From NCBI GenBank assembly GCA_030427825.1, contig JAUICO010000001.1, forward strand, positions 30,293 through 94,292: 64,000 bases of DNA, read 5' to 3'. Position 1 is the first letter of the stretch, and every line of letters starts with the position of its first letter. Source of the DNA: a bacterium. GTDB taxonomy: Bacteria; Myxococcota_A; Bradymonadia; REDH01. This document shows positions 38,853-49,158 of the stretch, piece by piece. The notes below the pieces were generated by a model, which had not been told where the DNA came from, did no database searches, and saw nothing but the letters and a program-made list of their open reading frames with translations. The position numbers and the translations under genes are program-made.

Positions 38853-41003
38853 TCATGGGTTGGCGACGCTCGAGCCGGTCGCTGCGTCGACACTCGCCGC
38901 GTGCCGGGGCGCAACCACATAGAGAACGGACGGCAGCCTGTTCAGCTGGTGCATCTTCCGCGTGTAGAAGGCCTCGTCGCCGGATTCGTCGTCACTGAGC
39001 TCCAGGCGTGCGATGATCAGGTCTGCGTCTTTGCATCTCTCGCGCATCGCGCGGGCCTCACTGCGATCGGGCATCGCCAGCACGTCACGTATCTGCACCT
39101 CACTGCCATAGTGTTGGGTCGCCGATCGAATCGCGGCTCGCCGACGCAGTCCTTCTCCCTCGTCGGAGACGTAGGACAGGACGGTGATCGCGCAGCCCTC
39201 CCAGCGCTGCCCGGACGCCAGCTGTGTGGCGATGTCGAGCATGGTCGCGCCGAGCACATTGTCCGTCCACCAGACGTAGATGTCTCTGCGTTCGCCGAAG
39301 CCGCGGTCGCGATGTTCGTGAACCGCGATGACCCTGCGGCCGAGGGCACTCAGGTCGCGGATTGCGCCGAGAAACGCCGCCGGATCGCGACCGGTTCGGG
39401 GCCAGCCGACGAGCGCTGTGCTGGCTTCGAATCCGCCCACACCGTAGCTCTGGGCCACCTGGCCGATCCCGCTCCACACCTGCGGGACGACCTCGACTCG
39501 AGCGAGCAGGCCGGGATATCGTTTGTGCACGGTTTGCTCGAGCGCCGAGCGCATGGCTCCGCGCTGGTCGCCGGTGGTGCGCAGCGCCCCTTCGACAAGG
39601 TAGACGACAGTCGCGATTCCACGACCCTCGGCGAGCAGACCGGCGACCTCGATGGTCTTCTCGTTGTCGTCCGGGTCACCAACAAAGGCGACGATGTTTG
39701 GATGTCGATCGCTGGACTGCAACCCGCGGTGGGCGACCCTTCGCAGCGCGCTGTGTGCAAGGGACAGCCACAGTTCGTCCGCGCCCGATCCGCTGCTCTC
39801 CTGTCGCCCGCGCTGTGCCAGGGTGTGAATACCGGCAATCAGTAACAGGGCCGGAATCAGAATCAGCGACTGAATCACGCTGCCGATGTACAAAGCAAAC
39901 ACAGAGGCAGCACATGCAACGACAGCAGAGACCCGGCGTTCAGGCCGCCAGGCCGTGGCTGCGGACCATTCATTGATCGCGACCGCGAGGCACAGGGCGG
40001 CGACGACCGCCAGGCTCATCACAGAGGCAGCGACACCCGCGCTGTGCATGTTTGCCGGCAACGCCAACGCCAGCGTCAGTGGGAGCACCGCGACCAGCGC
40101 TATGCGGCGGCCGTCGAGCGCTCCTTCCGTACGGGCGAAAAGCCGCGGTGCCACCCGGTCCAGTGCGAGTGCGTGCAGGGCGTCTGCGCAGTAGCTGATT
40201 GCTGCGTGTGCCGCCGAGAACAGAGTCAGCCACAAGCCGATGTGAAGCAGAAAGCCGGAGCGGGTGTATTCCCAGAAAGCCGCCGGACCTTTGGCAAGCA
40301 TGAGGTCGCCGAGGCGCAGTCCGGCCCACAGAGCGCACACACCGAGGATGGTCGCTGCGGCTATTACCGCCGCAGTTTGCGCCCGTGCGGAGGCCCTCCA
40401 GGTGTGTGCCGTTGTTTGATGTCTTCCCAGTGGTAGCAGGGCGGCGGCGAGCGCAGGCATTACCAGAGCAAGTGCACGGGTCAGGTCCCCCCGCTCAGGG
40501 TGCCACCAGCGAATCTCGGTTGGAGGTTTGTCCGAGCTGCCGGTCAGGATGAGAATCAGGGTCAGCGCCACGCCGGCCAGTCCGAGTATACGCACGACGG
40601 GGGTAACGCGGGGGCCGGCGGCGACGGAGGCCGTGACTGCGACGCAAAAGAGGGTCGCTCCGACGGCTGCGGGCAGCTCGGTGATCAGGGACCAGGAGTA
40701 GGCGAACGCGGTTGCGGCGAATGCGGCGGCGAACGCCATCGCCGGCAGAGACGTCCATGCGAGCGCGGCGCCGGTTGCGTGGCCGAAGACGCGGGTCAGC
40801 GTGTGTGCGTCGCGGCGAGCCCTTGCGGAGCGTGTTGACAGCACGCTCGTCGCGACGGTGCCGCTCAGCGCGAGCAACGCGGCGAGCGCGCCGAGACAGA
40901 GGAGGGCCACCGCAAGACCCGACGCGGCGACGACTGCGGGCAGGACGATGGCTGCGACGCCGGTGACGGCGGCGGCGACCATCGCGGCGCCCAGCTGCTT
41001 CAC
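38853..41003 (-). CDS. APC-superfamily transporter with large cytoplasmic C-terminal domain (cation-chloride cotransporter / SLC12-like)
   Basis: 12 or more TM helices in the N-terminal 430 aa, then a roughly 280-aa soluble domain. 4-nt overlap with the OmpA-family gene. Confidence 0.5.
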   Translation of the reverse strand: MKQLGAAMVAAAVTGVAAIVLPAVVAASGLAVALLCLGALAALLALSGTVATSVLSTRSARARRDAHTLTRVFGHATGAALAWTSLPAMAFAAAFAATAFAYSWSLITELPAAVGATLFCVAVTASVAAGPRVTPVVRILGLAGVALTLILILTGSSDKPPTEIRWWHPERGDLTRALALVMPALAAALLPLGRHQTTAHTWRASARAQTAAVIAAATILGVCALWAGLRLGDLMLAKGPAAFWEYTRSGFLLHIGLWLTLFSAAHAAISYCADALHALALDRVAPRLFARTEGALDGRRIALVAVLPLTLALALPANMHSAGVAASVMSLAVVAALCLAVAINEWSAATAWRPERRVSAVVACAASVFALYIGSVIQSLILIPALLLIAGIHTLAQRGRQESSGSGADELWLSLAHSALRRVAHRGLQSSDRHPNIVAFVGDPDDNEKTIEVAGLLAEGRGIATVVYLVEGALRTTGDQRGAMRSALEQTVHKRYPGLLARVEVVPQVWSGIGQVAQSYGVGGFEASTALVGWPRTGRDPAAFLGAIRDLSALGRRVIAVHEHRDRGFGERRDIYVWWTDNVLGATMLDIATQLASGQRWEGCAITVLSYVSDEGEGLRRRAAIRSATQHYGSEVQIRDVLAMPDRSEARAMRERCKDADLIIARLELSDDESGDEAFYTRKMHQLNRLPSVLYVVAPRHAASVDAATGSSVANP

Positions 41004-41953
41004 GGGGTTGTGATGATGTCCAGGTTGGGCACCATCACGATCTCGATGCGGCGGTTCAGCGCGCGCTCCTCGCGGGTGTCATTGCCGGCTCGGGGACGGA
41101 ACTCACCGTACCCTGCGCCCGAGAGGTTGCCCGGGTAGCATCCGTTTTCCTGCAGAATCTCGACGACGGACAGCGCACGCGCCGCCGACAGGTGCCAGTT
41201 GCTTGGAAATCGGCTGGTGCTGATCGGCACATTGTCTGTGTGCCCTTCGACCTGAAAGCGTCGGTCAGGAAACTCGGCGAGCACGCGGGCGATGCTGCTG
41301 AGCGCACTGCGACCTTCGTCGCCGACCCGCGCGCTGCCGGGATCGAAGAGAATATCCTGGGGCAGGTTGAGAACCATGCGACCGTTCTCAATCGATATCG
41401 AAAGCTGTCCGGCGTCGATGAGCGCCTGAAAGCGGCCCAACATGTCTTGATAGATGCGATTCTGCTCGCGAGCCTCTGCCTCGATCTGATTGAGTCGCTC
41501 GATGCGCTCCATCAGGGCCGCTCGCTCGCTCTGACCTGCTGCGAGCTGCTCTTCCGTGTTGACCCGAGCGCTGCGCTCTACACCGAGCGCGCGGTTTGCG
41601 TCGTTGAGTTCGCTGTTCGAGAGTTCAAGCTGTGTGGCGACTTCGATCAGCTCGGCGCGGGCTTCATCCAGGAGTCTCTGCCGCTCTTCGGTGTCGCGAA
41701 TCGTGTTGCGAATTGACGCCTCGCAGATGTCGAGGCGGTGATTGCGTTCGGCGCCCACAGCTTCGAGGTTAGCGATGCGCTCGTTTGCTTCCGCCAGCGT
41801 GGACGCAGTGGTCTCGTATTCCTGAGAGACACCGGCGAGCTCATTCAGCGTTTCTTCGTGTTTGGATTTGGGCACACAGGCTGCAGCCAGCGTGATGATC
41901 GCGGCGGCGCAGAGAACCTTGTGTGTGGGCAGCGTTGTCATGTCATGTCTCAT
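41000..41953 (-). CDS. OmpA/MotB-family lipoprotein with central coiled coil
   Basis: Start at MRHDMTT (41953), giving lipobox ITLAAAC. Long heptad-like coiled coil. C-terminal OmpA domain (FQVEGHTDNVPI...NWHLSAARALSV...NRRIEIV). Confidence 0.75.
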   Translation of the reverse strand: MRHDMTTLPTHKVLCAAAIITLAAACVPKSKHEETLNELAGVSQEYETTASTLAEANERIANLEAVGAERNHRLDICEASIRNTIRDTEERQRLLDEARAELIEVATQLELSNSELNDANRALGVERSARVNTEEQLAAGQSERAALMERIERLNQIEAEAREQNRIYQDMLGRFQALIDAGQLSISIENGRMVLNLPQDILFDPGSARVGDEGRSALSSIARVLAEFPDRRFQVEGHTDNVPISTSRFPSNWHLSAARALSVVEILQENGCYPGNLSGAGYGEFRPRAGNDTREERALNRRIEIVMVPNLDIITTP

Positions 41954-41972
41954 AGAAGTGTGTTCGGTCCTT

Positions 41973-43229
41973 TCATGGACGGCACATCGGAATCGGGTCG
42001 TTGATGATCGTGTCCGTGTTCTCGTCGCAGGAGTCATTGGTACAGGGGTTGCCATCGTCAATGGGCAGCGGCAGCCCCGGGATGCAACCTGCGGCCCCGT
42101 CGCAGCGCTCGGTGCCGTTGCAGAAGATGCCGTCGCCGCAGAGGCCATGCATCGGGCGGTGTTGGACCGTGCGCAGGCCTTCGTCGCAGATGGTCTCGGT
42201 GCATGCGATGCCGTCTTCGTGGGGGCGGCCGGGTGAGCAGGTGCCCTGAATGCAGATCTCTTCGCCATTGCAGAAGATGCCGTCCTGGCAGTCGGCGGAT
42301 GTCATGCAGCCGGTGGGCATGGCAGGAACTACCTCTTCGATCCGACCCGTCGGCTCCGGTTCGGGCTGCACAGGCTCGGGCTCCGGTGCCGCTTCTGGGC
42401 CGTCGTTGCGGGCGGTGACCGGTGCGCGGTTGGCCGTCGGCATGTCGAATTGAAGGACGAAGCAGAGCAGGAACTTCGCAAAGAAGCCGTCCTTGGCGCT
42501 CTCTACCTGGCCGCTGTAGTCGTTGACGATGTTGGGGTTGACCTGGGCCCAGCCGAACTCGGAGCGCAGGAACACCAGCTTGCCGAAGTAGTGGTCGAAG
42601 CCGAGCGCTACGCCCAGACCCTTCTGTTCGTTGCCGGCCGCGTAGAGAAGCTCGATGTCCGCGGCCCAGTGGCCGAAAGCGTCGCCGAGGCGCCCATCAG
42701 CGAACTCGACTTCGGCGCTGGCATCGCGCTCCAGGTGGATGCCGACGCTGAAGGCGTGCATGTTGTATCCGATGCGTCCTCGATAGCCGATGAAGGGGGC
42801 GGCGCCGAAGGTCGTGGGAAAACGCCCGATGATGCGGCGGCCTTCGGAGTCCCGAATGGTGCCGCGCTCATCGTTGGTGCTGCGCAGGCCGTATCCGCCT
42901 CGCAGTACGAACTCGACCGAGGGCTGCCAGGTTGGCGACCTGTCGCCGAACACTTCGTCGCCGAACTCCGAGGCGGTGAAACGGAAGTCCGTATAGAGGC
43001 CGTTCGAGATGGCGCCGAAGCTCTGCCAGAAGATCTGGCCGGTTGCGAACCCGGGCAGCGAGAGCCCGAGGCCGAGACCTACGCGCGCGTTCATCGACTC
43101 GCCGGTCCATGTCAGCTCGTAGGTCGTCGAGGGGGTGCTGTCGTCCTGCGCCAGGGCGGGCGACGCGGCGAATGACGCGCAGGCGATTGTGATCGCAAGT
43201 GCGCGGGCTGTCAGTCGGGCTGCATGCAT
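41973..43229 (-). CDS. secreted protein: N-terminal outer-membrane-beta-barrel-like domain fused to C-terminal Myxococcus-type Cys-rich repeats
   Basis: Signal peptide. About 250 aa of amphipathic alternating-residue strands (GLGLGLSLPGF...FGWAQVN), a PEPEP linker, then repeats DGIFCNGEEIC, DGIFCNGTERC and DDGNPCTNDSCDE. Confidence 0.55.
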   Translation of the reverse strand: MHAARLTARALAITIACASFAASPALAQDDSTPSTTYELTWTGESMNARVGLGLGLSLPGFATGQIFWQSFGAISNGLYTDFRFTASEFGDEVFGDRSPTWQPSVEFVLRGGYGLRSTNDERGTIRDSEGRRIIGRFPTTFGAAPFIGYRGRIGYNMHAFSVGIHLERDASAEVEFADGRLGDAFGHWAADIELLYAAGNEQKGLGVALGFDHYFGKLVFLRSEFGWAQVNPNIVNDYSGQVESAKDGFFAKFLLCFVLQFDMPTANRAPVTARNDGPEAAPEPEPVQPEPEPTGRIEEVVPAMPTGCMTSADCQDGIFCNGEEICIQGTCSPGRPHEDGIACTETICDEGLRTVQHRPMHGLCGDGIFCNGTERCDGAAGCIPGLPLPIDDGNPCTNDSCDENTDTIINDPIPMCRP

Positions 43230-43328
43230 CGGGCTCTCCAGGTCGGCTATTCTCGGTGAGCTATAGCCTGCTCGGATCGGAGCCGCCAGCCCTGCACGCC
43301 ATGGCCCGGCGATTGTTCTCAGCGGCTC

Positions 43329-45362
43329 TCAGCGGCGTACCCGTGAGATGGTTCCATCGATGCCTTCGAGGATCAACGTGATGGACTTGGCCTCGCGCGC
43401 GCCGTCGCCGTCCACGTCGATATCATTGGGCGCCAGGGTATCCAGGAGCCCGATCAGGGACTCCGGTGCGAGGGGCAGATCGGCGGGGTCAATACTGCGA
43501 ATGGCGGTCTCAAGGTCCGTCTTGAGAACTGCGCCGGCGAGCAGCCCGTTGAAGCCGGTGACTTCACCGCCGCTGAGCACGGGAGTCATCTCGATGGTGA
43601 CCATGTAGATAACGAGGTCCAGGGTGGTTGTTGCGCTCAGGGGTATCGAGAAGGGCATCGACGTGGTCGCGCCTCCGCCTCGCACGGTGGTTCCATCGAA
43701 GTTCGAGGCGATCGAGATCAGGGGCTCGCAGCTCGCAGAGTCCACCGTCGCGTCGTCGACTTCGTAGATGCAGGCGGCGTTCTGGTAGTCGCAGAGCTGG
43801 TTCGCCGGATCGAGACGTGACTGATAGACGGCGAGGGTGAAGTCATCGTTGGGGAAGTCGCGAAACTCCATCAGGAGCATCAGATCGCCGTTGTTGATCC
43901 CGTCGCCCAGGGGTTCGTTCGCGAACGCGCCGAGGGGGCCCAGGGTATTGTCACGCTGACCGTCGCCGTCGATGTCGAGTGCATTGCCCGAGGCCTCGTT
44001 GGCGCCGAGTTGTAGCGATTTCACCTTGCTGACGTCTCCGAAGACCGGCTGGCAGGCACATCCGCTGAGGTCCTGCGCGACGCACTCGCCGAAGTCACAG
44101 ACCTCGCTTGCGGTGCATTCAACGCCGTCGTTGCAGGGATTTCCGGAGCGCGGATTGTAGAAGCAGCCGGAGTTTACATTGCAGTTGTCGACGGTGCAGT
44201 CGTTGGCGTCGTCGCAGGTGCGCGGGGCTCCGACGCAGACACCGTTCGAACATGTATCGTCCTCGGTGCAGGCGTTGCCGTCGTCGCAGGCTACCTCGAC
44301 CTGTGTCCATGTGCACTGCGCTGTGTCCGGGTCGCAGGTGTCTTCGGTGCAGGGGTTTCCATCGTCGCAGACCGACGTTGCGCCGCTGCAACAGGGGTTG
44401 AAGGTGGGCAGGTATTCGCAGCCGCTGACCGGAAAGCAGATGTCGATGGTGCAGAGGTTGCCGTCGTCGCAGGGCGGATCCGTGCCGGGCATACAGGTAC
44501 CCGATTCGCAGGTATCGCCGCCGGTACACGGGTTTCCATCGTCGCAGGGTGCTGTGTTCAGTGTGGTTGTGCAGCCGTCCACCGTGTCGCAGATGTCATC
44601 GGTGCACGGGTCGTTGTCGTTGCAGACCACGGGGTCGCCTTCGCAGGCGCCGTCTACGCAGTGGTCTCCGACGGTGCAGGCGCTGCTGTCGTCGCAGGTG
44701 GCGAGCGCGTCGTTGGGAACGTTTGTATACACACAGCCCAGGTTGGGGCTGCATGTGTCTACGGTGCAGACGTTGTCATCGTTGCAGAGCACGCCGTCGC
44801 CGCCGCCACACGCGCCGGCGCTGCACGTTGTGTCGGTCGTGCATGCGTCGCCGTCATCGCAGGCCGTGTCATCCGCACGAGGGCTCCATTCGTGAGGCGC
44901 CGCCGGGTCGCATGCCAGGCAATCGCTGTCCGGAGATAACGCGTCTTCATCAACGCAGACGTTGTTGATCAGGCAGAGCCCGGCGCGCAGCGTCCACTTA
45001 CAGGTCTTGAATCCGGTGGAGCCGTCCGTCGCCGTGCACGCGTCATCGGTACAGGCGAGGCCGTCATCGCAGTCGGAAGCGGTGTTGCATCGTCCGACTG
45101 CGCCGGCGTCGTCGCCGTTGCCGTTGCTGTCGTCGCCGCTGTCCGACTCTGTGGTGTCGCCGGTCTCGCCCGGGTCGGTGTCTTCAACGACGTCTGAGGG
45201 CGTGGTGTCTTCGTTGCCCGCGTCCTGGCCGGTGTCCTGGCCGGTGTCACTGGCGCTCGGATCGCTTCCGCCACACGCGCCGAGGGCCACCGCGACGAGA
45301 GCACACGCGATCGTGAGGAGTACGGCTCGAAGCGTCGGACCGCTGTTTGTTTGTTGTCTCAT
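43329..45362 (-). CDS. large surface lipoprotein with about 12 tandem Myxococcus cysteine-rich repeats plus a C-terminal non-repeat domain
   Basis: Lipobox ALGAC. An acidic, low-complexity linker follows. Repeats of the form CDDGNPCTDDICD, CNDNDPCT and CDDGNLCTIDIC. C-terminal about 270 aa without Cys. Confidence 0.7.
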   Translation of the reverse strand: MRQQTNSGPTLRAVLLTIACALVAVALGACGGSDPSASDTGQDTGQDAGNEDTTPSDVVEDTDPGETGDTTESDSGDDSNGNGDDAGAVGRCNTASDCDDGLACTDDACTATDGSTGFKTCKWTLRAGLCLINNVCVDEDALSPDSDCLACDPAAPHEWSPRADDTACDDGDACTTDTTCSAGACGGGDGVLCNDDNVCTVDTCSPNLGCVYTNVPNDALATCDDSSACTVGDHCVDGACEGDPVVCNDNDPCTDDICDTVDGCTTTLNTAPCDDGNPCTGGDTCESGTCMPGTDPPCDDGNLCTIDICFPVSGCEYLPTFNPCCSGATSVCDDGNPCTEDTCDPDTAQCTWTQVEVACDDGNACTEDDTCSNGVCVGAPRTCDDANDCTVDNCNVNSGCFYNPRSGNPCNDGVECTASEVCDFGECVAQDLSGCACQPVFGDVSKVKSLQLGANEASGNALDIDGDGQRDNTLGPLGAFANEPLGDGINNGDLMLLMEFRDFPNDDFTLAVYQSRLDPANQLCDYQNAACIYEVDDATVDSASCEPLISIASNFDGTTVRGGGATTSMPFSIPLSATTTLDLVIYMVTIEMTPVLSGGEVTGFNGLLAGAVLKTDLETAIRSIDPADLPLAPESLIGLLDTLAPNDIDVDGDGAREAKSITLILEGIDGTISRVRR

Positions 45363-45372
45363 TCGGTCTCCG

Positions 45373-48300
45373 TCAGCGCAGTCGGCCGTATACGATTGTG
45401 TTTCCGTCGATGTGTGTGTTGAAGCCCGGATTCGTCTCGGGCTCGATGGCGATCACCAGGGTGCCCGGTGCCACACCGAGGTCTTCGCTGATATCGATCT
45501 CGGGCAGGGGGAACTCAGCGATGGGCTCGCCGCCGCCGAGCAGATCGCCGAGGGAGGGGATCAGCTGGGCCTCAAGCAGGTCACGGATGACCAGCTCGGA
45601 GTTGATCAGGTTCTCCTGTTGGACTTCGAGATCCATTCGAACGTTTTCGATGGACTCGATGGTAATCTGGATGGCCCCGTTGCGTGACGCCAACGACAGA
45701 GGCGCTTCAAAGGCGACGTATCCGATGATGTCGATGTCCTGACCGAAGAGGTTCATGTGTGCGTCGATGCGGAGGTCGCCGAGGTAGAGCTTGAGCTCTC
45801 CGTCCCGGCAGTCGCTGGCGAGGGGTGGCAGCCAGGCGCTGACGTTCATCTCGAGATCGTTGACGCCGAACTCCGTCAGGTCGAGGCCGCCAAGCAGCGA
45901 CTCATCGACCGGGAAGTCCATGAGCCCTCCCCACCAGGCCGCGCGCAGAATCGCGTTCAGAAGGTCATCGGTGAGCACAAGTTCAAGGGGTGTGATCTTG
46001 GGAATCACGGTGATCTGCGGCGGCGTGCCGCATCCGTCGCGCAGGGGAACGCCGAGGTTGTCGTCGAAAGGATACCCGGTTGCGACTGCGCGTTCGTTGG
46101 TGGAAGCCCACGCCTTGAGGTTGAAGGTTCCGCCCGGGGGGCCGGGCACGGAATCCTCAAAGTCGATACCGGAGAAGTTGCTCGCCAGCGCGATGGGGAT
46201 CTCGCCGGAGCCGTCAAGGCGCGGCAGATTGACGTCAAGGTTGAGGGCAAGTCCGCTGAATGCGCTTGCCAGCGTCGGTCCCAGAATGTTTGTCAGCTCG
46301 CCGGTAAGCGACGATTCAAGGCTGGACACGAGGTCATCGCGTATGACCAGCTCTACCGCGCCAAGGATGATGTTTGTCCACCCATTGTCGGCGTACACAT
46401 CCATGCCGAGAATCGATGTGTTTGCGTCGCCAACGCGGATAACCACCTCGCCCTGGGAGTTCGTCGATATTAGCAGCTCCGCGGTGACCGTGATGCTGTC
46501 TGCGGTGATTCCGCCACCGCCGGAACCGCCCGCGACGCCACACTTGAAGCCGTTGCAGTCAAAGTAGAGGCGGCCGTTGATACCCTCAAGGACAAGTCCG
46601 ACCAGCAGTCCGCCGTCGAAAGCGTCGAGCCGTACGTCGGAGCTGCTGTAGCCGATGGAGCGAACATAGATGTCGTAGCCCGCTTCGGAGGCGATAGGAT
46701 CGCTGGTCCCAAGAAGAGCGCCGAGGTCGTAGCCGTCGATCACCGTTTGAAAGATCATCGCGAGGTCGCTCGGCGGCGGCGTCAGGCGATCGTCGATCGT
46801 CTGCTGCGCGAGGTAAAGCACCATTCCCGGATCAACATTGGGGCCGTTCTGATAATCGCGGGACCAGTGGAAGGACTGGATGCGCTGTTTTCGCGTACCG
46901 AGGTCGTCTATTGCGACCATCTCAAGTGTGTTGTGGCCGACGGTCGCCGCGTAGGGGTAGGCGAATGTGTAATTCCATTCGCTGCCGAGGACCGGGACGA
47001 TCGGCACTTCCGCGCCGTTGATCTTGAACGAGACGATCGGTCCACCGCCGGAGTTGAGGCGTCCGGTAACGATTACGACCGGAGGCAGGTTGTTGCTTTC
47101 GATCGTCGCGGCTCGCAGAGGAAAGTCCACCTCGATCTGCGGCCGACAGGAGTTGGTGGAGAGCACTGTGTGGGTGCACCCGAAGGTCGCGTCGCAGCCG
47201 TCCTCTGTACACGCGCGACCGTCGTCACAGTTGATGGTCGCGCCGAGGCAGTCGCCATCCATGCAGGAGTCGCCCGCGGTGCACGCGTTCATGTCATCAC
47301 AGCTGAACGTGTTTGCTTCGTTTACGCAGCCGAGATCAGAGTCGCAGTAGTCCGTCGTGCAGCTGTTTCGATCGTCGCAGATCGGTTCATCGACGCCCGT
47401 CACGCAGGTGCCGGCAACGCAGCGGTCGCCGATGGTGCAGGCGTCGCCGTCGTCACACGACAGGCCGTTGTTTACGTGCAGCGGTCCGATACCGGGCACG
47501 CAACGGTCATCGGTACAGGGATTGTTGTCATCGACGTCGATCGGCGTGCCGAGGCACGCGCCTTCGGTGCAGGTGTCTGCCTCGGTACACAGGTCACCGT
47601 CGTTGCAGCTGTTTGTGTTGAACGGGAACACGCAGCCTTCGTCCGGGTCGCAGAGCTCGTCGGTGCAGGGGTTCGTGTCAAAGCAGAACGCGTCGATCGG
47701 GATGGCTCCGCAGCCGGTGGCGTTGCAGTAGTCTGCGGTGCACGCGTTGCCATCGTCGCAGGCGCCGGGGAGCCCGACGCACGCACCGTCTGTGCAGGCG
47801 TCACCGATGGTGCAGGAGTCCTGATCGTCGCATTCGATGTCATTTGCTGCCGGCCCGTTAAATACGCATCCCGTCGCCGGGTCGCAGGAATCCGCGGTGC
47901 ACAGGTTGCCATCGTTGCACACTGTTTGTGTGGTGCCGACGCAGCTTCCGCCGGAGCACACATCGCCGCCGGTACACAGGTCCCCGTCGTCGCATGTCGC
48001 CGTGTTGTTCGTCTGTACGCAGGCCCCGGCCTCGCAGGCGTCGTCCGTGCACTCGTTCTCGTCGTCGCAGTAGAGCGCGATGCCCAGGCATACCCCGGCG
48101 CGGCAGGCGTCGTTGGTTGTGCAGCTGTCACCGTCGTCGCATGTAGCGCTGTCATTCAGGGTCCAGGCGCCGGGATCCACCGCGACGTTGCACACCTGGC
48201 AGGGCTGCAGGGGATCGGCCTGCTGGTGGTCGTAGCAGTCGCCGTCAATGTCGCATTGATCGTCGGTGCAGCAACCGTCGATGAGCTCGTGAACGCAGCC

Positions 48301-48684
48301 GATGTCCTCGTCACAGATGTCTTCGGTACAAGGATTGCCGTCATCACAGCCGGTCTCGCAGTTTGGCTCGCCGCAGCCGGGGACAAAGACGTTTTCGCCG
48401 TCGGTCGATACGTCGCAGGGGTCGGCATCTGCATCGCTCTCGGCGTCGCCCGCGCCGGTGTCCTCACCCGTGTCTGCGTCATTGATTACGTCGCCGGAGG
48501 TGTCACCTTCGGTGTCTTCATCGGCGCTGCCGGCACCGCCCGCACAGGCGCTGAGCGCAGCGGCCAGCATCACAGCGCAGAGCAGAGGCAGCACAGAGGT
48601 CGCGGCGCCGGACGGCTCTCCAGGCGACAGGCCTGTGAGTCGACGGCGCGCGGCGGGCAATGGACATGCGCTCGGCGCTTTCAT
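45373..48684 (-). CDS. giant (about 1100 aa) surface lipoprotein, paralogous repeat architecture: acidic linker, about 18 Cys-rich repeats, then about 600-aa C-terminal domain
   Basis: Probable start at MKAPS (48684), giving a signal peptide and lipobox AALSAC. The upstream 438 nt of the ORF-track call is Arg/Pro junk. Repeats CDDGNPCTEDICD, CNDGNLCTADSCDP and others. 10 bp downstream of it lies the smaller paralog. Confidence 0.7.
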   Translation of the reverse strand: MKAPSACPLPAARRRLTGLSPGEPSGAATSVLPLLCAVMLAAALSACAGGAGSADEDTEGDTSGDVINDADTGEDTGAGDAESDADADPCDVSTDGENVFVPGCGEPNCETGCDDGNPCTEDICDEDIGCVHELIDGCCTDDQCDIDGDCYDHQQADPLQPCQVCNVAVDPGAWTLNDSATCDDGDSCTTNDACRAGVCLGIALYCDDENECTDDACEAGACVQTNNTATCDDGDLCTGGDVCSGGSCVGTTQTVCNDGNLCTADSCDPATGCVFNGPAANDIECDDQDSCTIGDACTDGACVGLPGACDDGNACTADYCNATGCGAIPIDAFCFDTNPCTDELCDPDEGCVFPFNTNSCNDGDLCTEADTCTEGACLGTPIDVDDNNPCTDDRCVPGIGPLHVNNGLSCDDGDACTIGDRCVAGTCVTGVDEPICDDRNSCTTDYCDSDLGCVNEANTFSCDDMNACTAGDSCMDGDCLGATINCDDGRACTEDGCDATFGCTHTVLSTNSCRPQIEVDFPLRAATIESNNLPPVVIVTGRLNSGGGPIVSFKINGAEVPIVPVLGSEWNYTFAYPYAATVGHNTLEMVAIDDLGTRKQRIQSFHWSRDYQNGPNVDPGMVLYLAQQTIDDRLTPPPSDLAMIFQTVIDGYDLGALLGTSDPIASEAGYDIYVRSIGYSSSDVRLDAFDGGLLVGLVLEGINGRLYFDCNGFKCGVAGGSGGGGITADSITVTAELLISTNSQGEVVIRVGDANTSILGMDVYADNGWTNIILGAVELVIRDDLVSSLESSLTGELTNILGPTLASAFSGLALNLDVNLPRLDGSGEIPIALASNFSGIDFEDSVPGPPGGTFNLKAWASTNERAVATGYPFDDNLGVPLRDGCGTPPQITVIPKITPLELVLTDDLLNAILRAAWWGGLMDFPVDESLLGGLDLTEFGVNDLEMNVSAWLPPLASDCRDGELKLYLGDLRIDAHMNLFGQDIDIIGYVAFEAPLSLASRNGAIQITIESIENVRMDLEVQQENLINSELVIRDLLEAQLIPSLGDLLGGGEPIAEFPLPEIDISEDLGVAPGTLVIAIEPETNPGFNTHIDGNTIVYGRLR

Positions 48685-49158
48685 CGTGCGGTCTCGGGAT
48701 TGGGTTCGGGCCATTGTACCGGTCTTCGCGGCTGCGCGCGACCAATCCGCAAAAAGCTCCCCGCAGGTCGCAGCCGGCAGCCCCGGCCGGCGCGCAGGTG
48801 ACCGGGGCGCGCGCATCGGTGTCAGTAGTTGTAGGCGCCGACCCCGCGCCACCGTGAGTCCGTTGTGAACATATCCGTTGATAGCGACGAGTCGTCCCGA
48901 GATCGGCGAGGTGGATCCGTGGATCCCCTCGCCGAGTGGAGTCCGGGCGGTGCGTTGAGTGGCGATTTCGCCGAGACGACCGCACCCCGCCGGCATCGAC
49001 GGGTTACGCGAGCGTTGTCCTTCCGGAGCTTTGCGGGCAATGCCCAACCACGAGCACAACAGACTCTGCCTGCGCAGCAGGCACCAGGGGCAATGAATCG
49101 ATTTCGAAGGGCATGGCGACACATCGCCGCACTCCCGATAGTATCGCGGGCTGTCGCG

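Noticed and set aside
46747-48801. 684-aa plus-strand ORF opposite the giant Cys-repeat gene, and the other long antisense ORFs (13154..14092, 16004..17011, 17874..18779, 22625..23563, 29028..29960, 30716..31699, 36004..36816, 38817..39845, 53058..54164, 58529..59551, 60539..62275, 62139..62957, 63064..63915)
   Set aside because: All lie fully within and antisense to genes with strong family motifs. Their products are Arg/Ala/Gly-rich with no domain signatures. This is expected from the absence of stop codons in GC-rich antisense frames.
48685-49122. First 146 codons of the ORF-track call for the giant lipoprotein
   Set aside because: The N-terminal stretch is Arg/Pro-rich without a signal peptide. 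The internal Met at 48684 begins a textbook signal peptide plus lipobox.
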